This document shows positions 60,101 to 64,000 of a stretch of 64,000 nt of DNA, piece by piece; positions within the stretch are counted from its first letter, which is position 1; the number at the start of each line of letters is the position of its first letter. This DNA comes from Klebsormidium nitens. Its lineage: Eukaryota; Plantae; Klebsormidiophyceae. The notes beneath the pieces are model-generated. The model was not told the DNA's origin, made no database searches, and was given only the letters and a program-made list of their open reading frames with translations. The position numbers and the translations under genes were made by a program. The stretch lies in contig DF237045.1 of the NCBI GenBank assembly GCA_000708835.1, positions 124,001 to 188,000 of the forward strand, given 5' to 3'.

Positions 60101-62278
60101 TCTCAGATTGTTTACTGCAAGGGCGTACTGGTTGCCATGAAGACACCTGCAAGTAGGAACCTTGGAAAACTGGAGGGGCGAGTGAGTGAAAGTAAAGGTA
60201 GGGTGCAGGATGGGGTTTTTTCGAGGGCGGATGCCATATGAGAGTCCTCCAATCAACAGTCCTGCAAGCAGGTGAAGAACTCGCACTGCCAGCATCACTG
60301 CAGTTCCAAGAGCGCGTCGCAAATTTCAGCTGACCGTACTCACAAACGAGTTTTCAAGGAGCTCCTCCTGCACACACACTCGCTTTCCTCGTGCTCTACT
60401 CAAAAGGCCTCCATTTTCTCGCTCTTTCAAAGGTCAGGACCCTCTTTCGTCCTTTCAAAGGTCACGACCCTCTTTCGTCTTGCTTTCATAACTTGACCAC
60501 CAACTTCTCTCTTCGTAAGAAGGCTCGTTCCTTCCTTGTTCCTTCCTCTTGCTCATTCACAATCCCATCTTTCCACATCTTTCCAATCTGTCAAAAGTCT
60601 TACCCTTTGGTTCCGTCAATGGGATCGAGCACCCAGTGGCGTCCCTCCGGGCCGCCTGGCGATCGGCCCCTGTCAATTGCAATGACTATTTCCTCCTGAC
60701 TGAGTGGCTCAGCATCGGTGATAGATCCGTCCGCCTTGATGGTCTCGTTCACCAACTCAGTAATCCGCGCTAGCATGGGGCCGGCGCTCTCTGCCTGGAG
60801 ATCGTCTGAGTCCTGCGCAAATACAAAGGCTTCTGACGTCAATAAATCCATCCTGTATCTGAGTATGTAATGAGAGGCGTTGGCGTCTCAACAATGACGG
60901 TGAAGTTGCAAAGCAGGCTTTAGCAACGGAGGTGAAAGGTGTCCCCGTTTGTGTGAACACTGCCCCCTTTGAAAAGCTAGCGACAGGAATTTGAAACATT
61001 TCAAATCTCACAATAACCAGCGGTACCTTGTATCAATCCTGAAAAGAATGAAAGTCCAGACACAGAGTACACTAGAAGCCTGGAAGAGGAAGTGCGACTG
61101 ATCAGAAGTTCGCGGATCACTGTTGTTTATAGCACGTTGCTGGGATAGCTGGTATGATAGAAGATGCATCATGTGAGATCGGATCCTGGCTTGAGATCTA
61201 AACGAGGAATTTACCTCCTCAGCGACCATGGAGAAAGTCCCCTTCGGCAAGGCCCTCTCAAGGGCCCAACTGATCAGCGCTTGCGAGCCTGCAGGAAAAT
61301 AGGTGGAAACTGTTGCGAGTGCGGAGGTTCGATGCCTATTCTCATAAAGGATAGGAAAGCCATGAAGGAAGGTGGAGAATTCTTCATAGTGCAGTAGTCC
61401 TTGTGAGTATTGCAGCTCGATGTGACTGTTCTGCCTTTAGTGGATAGAATCTCTGCAGTTGATACAGAGTTTCACACAAGTACAAAGAATGGCCATCAGA
61501 GCCCCACAAGGATAGAGCGAATGCGCAGGAGGCACATGGCCAATGCAGATGTGCAAGTCAACCAAAACGCATTCGGCCAAGAGGGCGCCCTGTAGATTGT
61601 GTTGGAGTAGTCGAACTCACCATAATCAGCAACAGTAACCGGAGACTCGTCCGACTTTGACTGAGTCTCTTTGGCGAGAAGACGGGATTGCACGGTCTGC
61701 ATTTGCAAAGCATTGTTCATTTAATTGCCCCTCTAGGCGACTATGATCTCCTGTAACCTGTGGCAGGTTGCTCTTAGTGCGTTATACGAGCATCAAAACA
61801 TCACTTGACGAGGCTCCACGAGTCTGGCACGGGGCACAATGTGCCAAAAGTTCCTCCTTGAAGATCCAATTTAAAAGGATCTTCGATGAGCGATCCCTGA
61901 TGCTTGTCAATTGACCTATTCATTGCAGGTTTCAGATCCAGATAATGTATAATGTAGGGGACCGCAGGGAGATGGCATAAACTTGAATTGTAGACCTTAT
62001 GCAGCTAGAGACACGTTGTGTGTGTGCAATGACCAGATCACTCTGAATGGAGATGTACGAAGATCAATGGCTTCCTGAAAATGGGAGTCCCTGAGGAAGT
62101 TTACACGCAGCACCACGACCTGTCCCTCCAGCCACTCAGCACAATGGTGTCCCTAAAGACCAAGGAAATTCAAAAAGTCAAGGTTTCAAGGAGGACCGCG
62201 CCTGCTCACCGTGCAAAGGCGACAGGCCAGCCGGACAGCCGTCACGGCAACCTCCAGATCTTTTGCATACTTGGTCAT
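57165..62278 (-). CDS. SAL1: SAL1/FIERY1/HAL2-like 3'(2'),5'-bisphosphate nucleotidase (inositol monophosphatase superfamily), ~359 aa from the first in-frame ATG
   Basis: Exons 62210-62278, 61621-61696, 61215-61288, 60604-60812, 59630-59843, 59030-59128, 58360-58513, 57165-57349 (1080 nt, in phase). Motifs YAKDLEVAV.AV.LA, SKSDESPVTVADYGSQA, MVAEED, WVLDPIDGTKGFVRGDQYAVALGL, GVLGCPNLP, IDSQAKYG, YREKIWDHVAG, EAGGVVRDAGG..LDFS. Confidence 0.93.
57450..60150 (-). repeat. Intronic copies of acceptor + exon start upstream of three SAL1 exons
   Basis: One copy at 57450-57518 (last exon); two at ~58605-58660 and ~58685-58750 (exon ending 58513); two at ~60012-60050 and ~60122-60150 (exon ending 59843). 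Confidence 0.75.
59512..59592. repeat. 24-bp tandem repeat (gtccttgatcatcccttaatctta) x3.4 in a SAL1 intron
   Basis: Direct reading of the sequence. Confidence 0.9.
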
Positions 62279-63397
62279 GATGGTGCCTGGGTTTAGTCAC
62301 CCAGAAAACCACTCAACGATGCAAGAATGCAACAATGCAGGAACCAGATCAAGATGCGTTTCTGCCTGTTCACCCCTCCAAATTCCACCTCTGCGTCTCC
62401 TGCGTCTTGCGCTTTTCAGAAGTTTTCTCCTCCGAGTCCAACGAGTCGATCACAGCTAGAGGTGAAGCGATGAAGTGCTGACGTGGTCCAAAAGCGGCAC
62501 CAACCAGAGGGCGCAAACGCCCAGGCAAGTTTTGTACCGGTTGTTCGCTAGCAGAGATTGAGAGCACCGCCGGGCGCCGCAAAACCAAAATTGGCATATG
62601 CTTTCTGTACCATAAGAGCCATCTAAAACCGCTTTGAAACTTTTGCCGCGACCGGCGGTGCCCTTCGTATAGTGGCATGTATGACCGTATGTCCCATTTC
62701 ACCAGCTAAATCGTCATTTTTGGGGCGCTCAGTAGGGGGGTCAAAAGCTCAGAATTTTTGGCGGAAACTTGTCGAGACCTTATTGGTGCCTATTCAAGCC
62801 ATTTTGAAGTTGTGGGCACTTCAAACTCATCCAGAATCTCAACATACAGTTTTGCTATCTGGCGACTTTTACCCGGCGTTTGCGCCCTCTGGCACCAACC
62901 TCAAGAGGTACCGTACCGTTCGCAGACGAACAAGGCGGCGGTGCCTACTTTGCTACCCACGTGATGGATCCGATCAATTGATTGGTAGATCAGGCCTTGA
63001 ACAAACACATGATTCTCTTGCAAGGCTGCCAGTGCAAGTTTCAACTCGCTGTTCAGTTTGCAATTGCTGTGAATCGTGTTTAGCATGGCGCCAAGCCCTA
63101 GCTGGGATCTGGAACGGCTTCATTCAGCAAGGGAGATGGCACTCATATCAGAAGGGAAAATGGAGCTAATGAATACAACAATGCTACAAACAACCGGGAG
63201 CAATGCTGACGTTTTTGCCACCAGATGATCCAGTGGAAGCTCAACAAGCTGCATGCAGAACCATTTGGAGGGTGTGCAAAGATAGGTGTTCGCTGGATGC
63301 TCTCAAAGACTCATCTGAAGCACTCTGAATTGAAACAATTTGCAAGTCAGCTGCAATTCCTTAACGGAGACCCTTGCCTTTAGTGGTGGCTGGGGGA

Positions 63398-63840
63398 ATG
63401 GGACAAGCACAGTCACACAGCGACAGCTTTTTGAAGGCATCAAAGTAATTCGGTCAAAGCCTTGGTCAAGCTCTTCGTACTGCTACTCTACTCGGGGGGA
63501 TCCCTCTGCAAAAAGCTTCTGATTTTGGTTCGCTTCATGTGATGAGTATAGCCCATGCCAATGGCACGGGCGTTTCAAATGGCAGCTTCGTCTTCATGCA
63601 ATATCAATCAAGCATTGAGGATGAGAGCTGGAGTGCTCTGGATTGGAAGGAGGAACGGGTAGGCATCAAGGAGAATGCGACTCTACTTCAAAAATCAGTC
63701 TCTGTTTTGCAAAGACTGTCTTCGTCAAATGCAGGCAGTTCACGCCTCAAGAGCTTGACAACCTCAGAAGCAAGTTCAGATCCATAGCACACAAGTCAAG
63801 ATCGTCAGAGGACCTATGCATATTCGCCTCTGCTTTTCAG
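63398..63840 (+). CDS. First two coding exons of a probable N-myristoylated TLDc-domain protein (plant TLD/MEAK7-like); continues beyond the window
   Basis: Exons 63398-63444 and 63735-63840 join in phase 2 to give MGQAQSHSDSFLKASKQFTPQELDNLRSKFRSIAHKSRSSEDLCIFASAFQ, with an MGxxxS myristoylation motif. The family call rests on recalled similarity to the N-terminus of plant TLDc proteins; the TLDc domain itself is not in the window. Confidence 0.5.
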
Positions 63841-64000
63841 GTGAGGAAATTCTGCTTTGATGTGAGAAAGACCTGCAATTGAAGTTCTAGAGTTGGCGCG
63901 AAGGAACATACCTTTAAATTCAACCCGGTGCCATGTTATACAAGTTGAGCGAACGTAATTTGACTGACGTCCAAGATCAGACTGTGAAAACTGGATTGCA

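Noticed and set aside
1-64000. rRNA, tRNA or structured ncRNA genes
   Set aside because: None recognised by eye; a covariance-model search (tRNAscan-SE, Infernal/Rfam) would be needed to exclude small intronic RNAs.

Overview
Eukaryotic nuclear DNA with GC-rich exons and many GT-AG introns. The gene set (AT-hook/PPC, PLATZ, DUF604, SPX-RING, SAL1-type phosphatase, algal-type PHT1/PTA transporter) points to the plant lineage, most plausibly a streptophyte alga such as Klebsormidium (inference, not verified). By splicing exons manually I reconstruct 11 protein-coding loci: AHL (+, 5' truncated), a small conserved protein (-), a DUF604 glycosyltransferase (+), a C-terminal RING protein (-), PLATZ (+), a branched-chain aminotransferase (-), an NLA-like SPX-RING E3 (+), a ~1,500-aa FAD-oxidase/methyltransferase/unknown-domain fusion (-), a PHT1-type phosphate transporter with two frameshifts and a nonsense codon (-, probable pseudogene), SAL1 (-) and the start of a probable TLDc protein (+, 3' truncated). 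There is also a 500-bp Harbinger/Tourist-like MITE. The two most interesting signals are (1) the 16-exon tri-domain FAD-oxidase fusion, which looks like a bacterial-type oxidase + methyltransferase + unknown-protein module joined in one spliced gene, and (2) degenerate tandem copies of exon/intron junctions (and one stop codon) stacked next to the functional junction at 11 places in 5 genes. Most ORFs in the supplied track are antisense or off-frame shadows. All protein family calls come from motif recognition; no database search was run.
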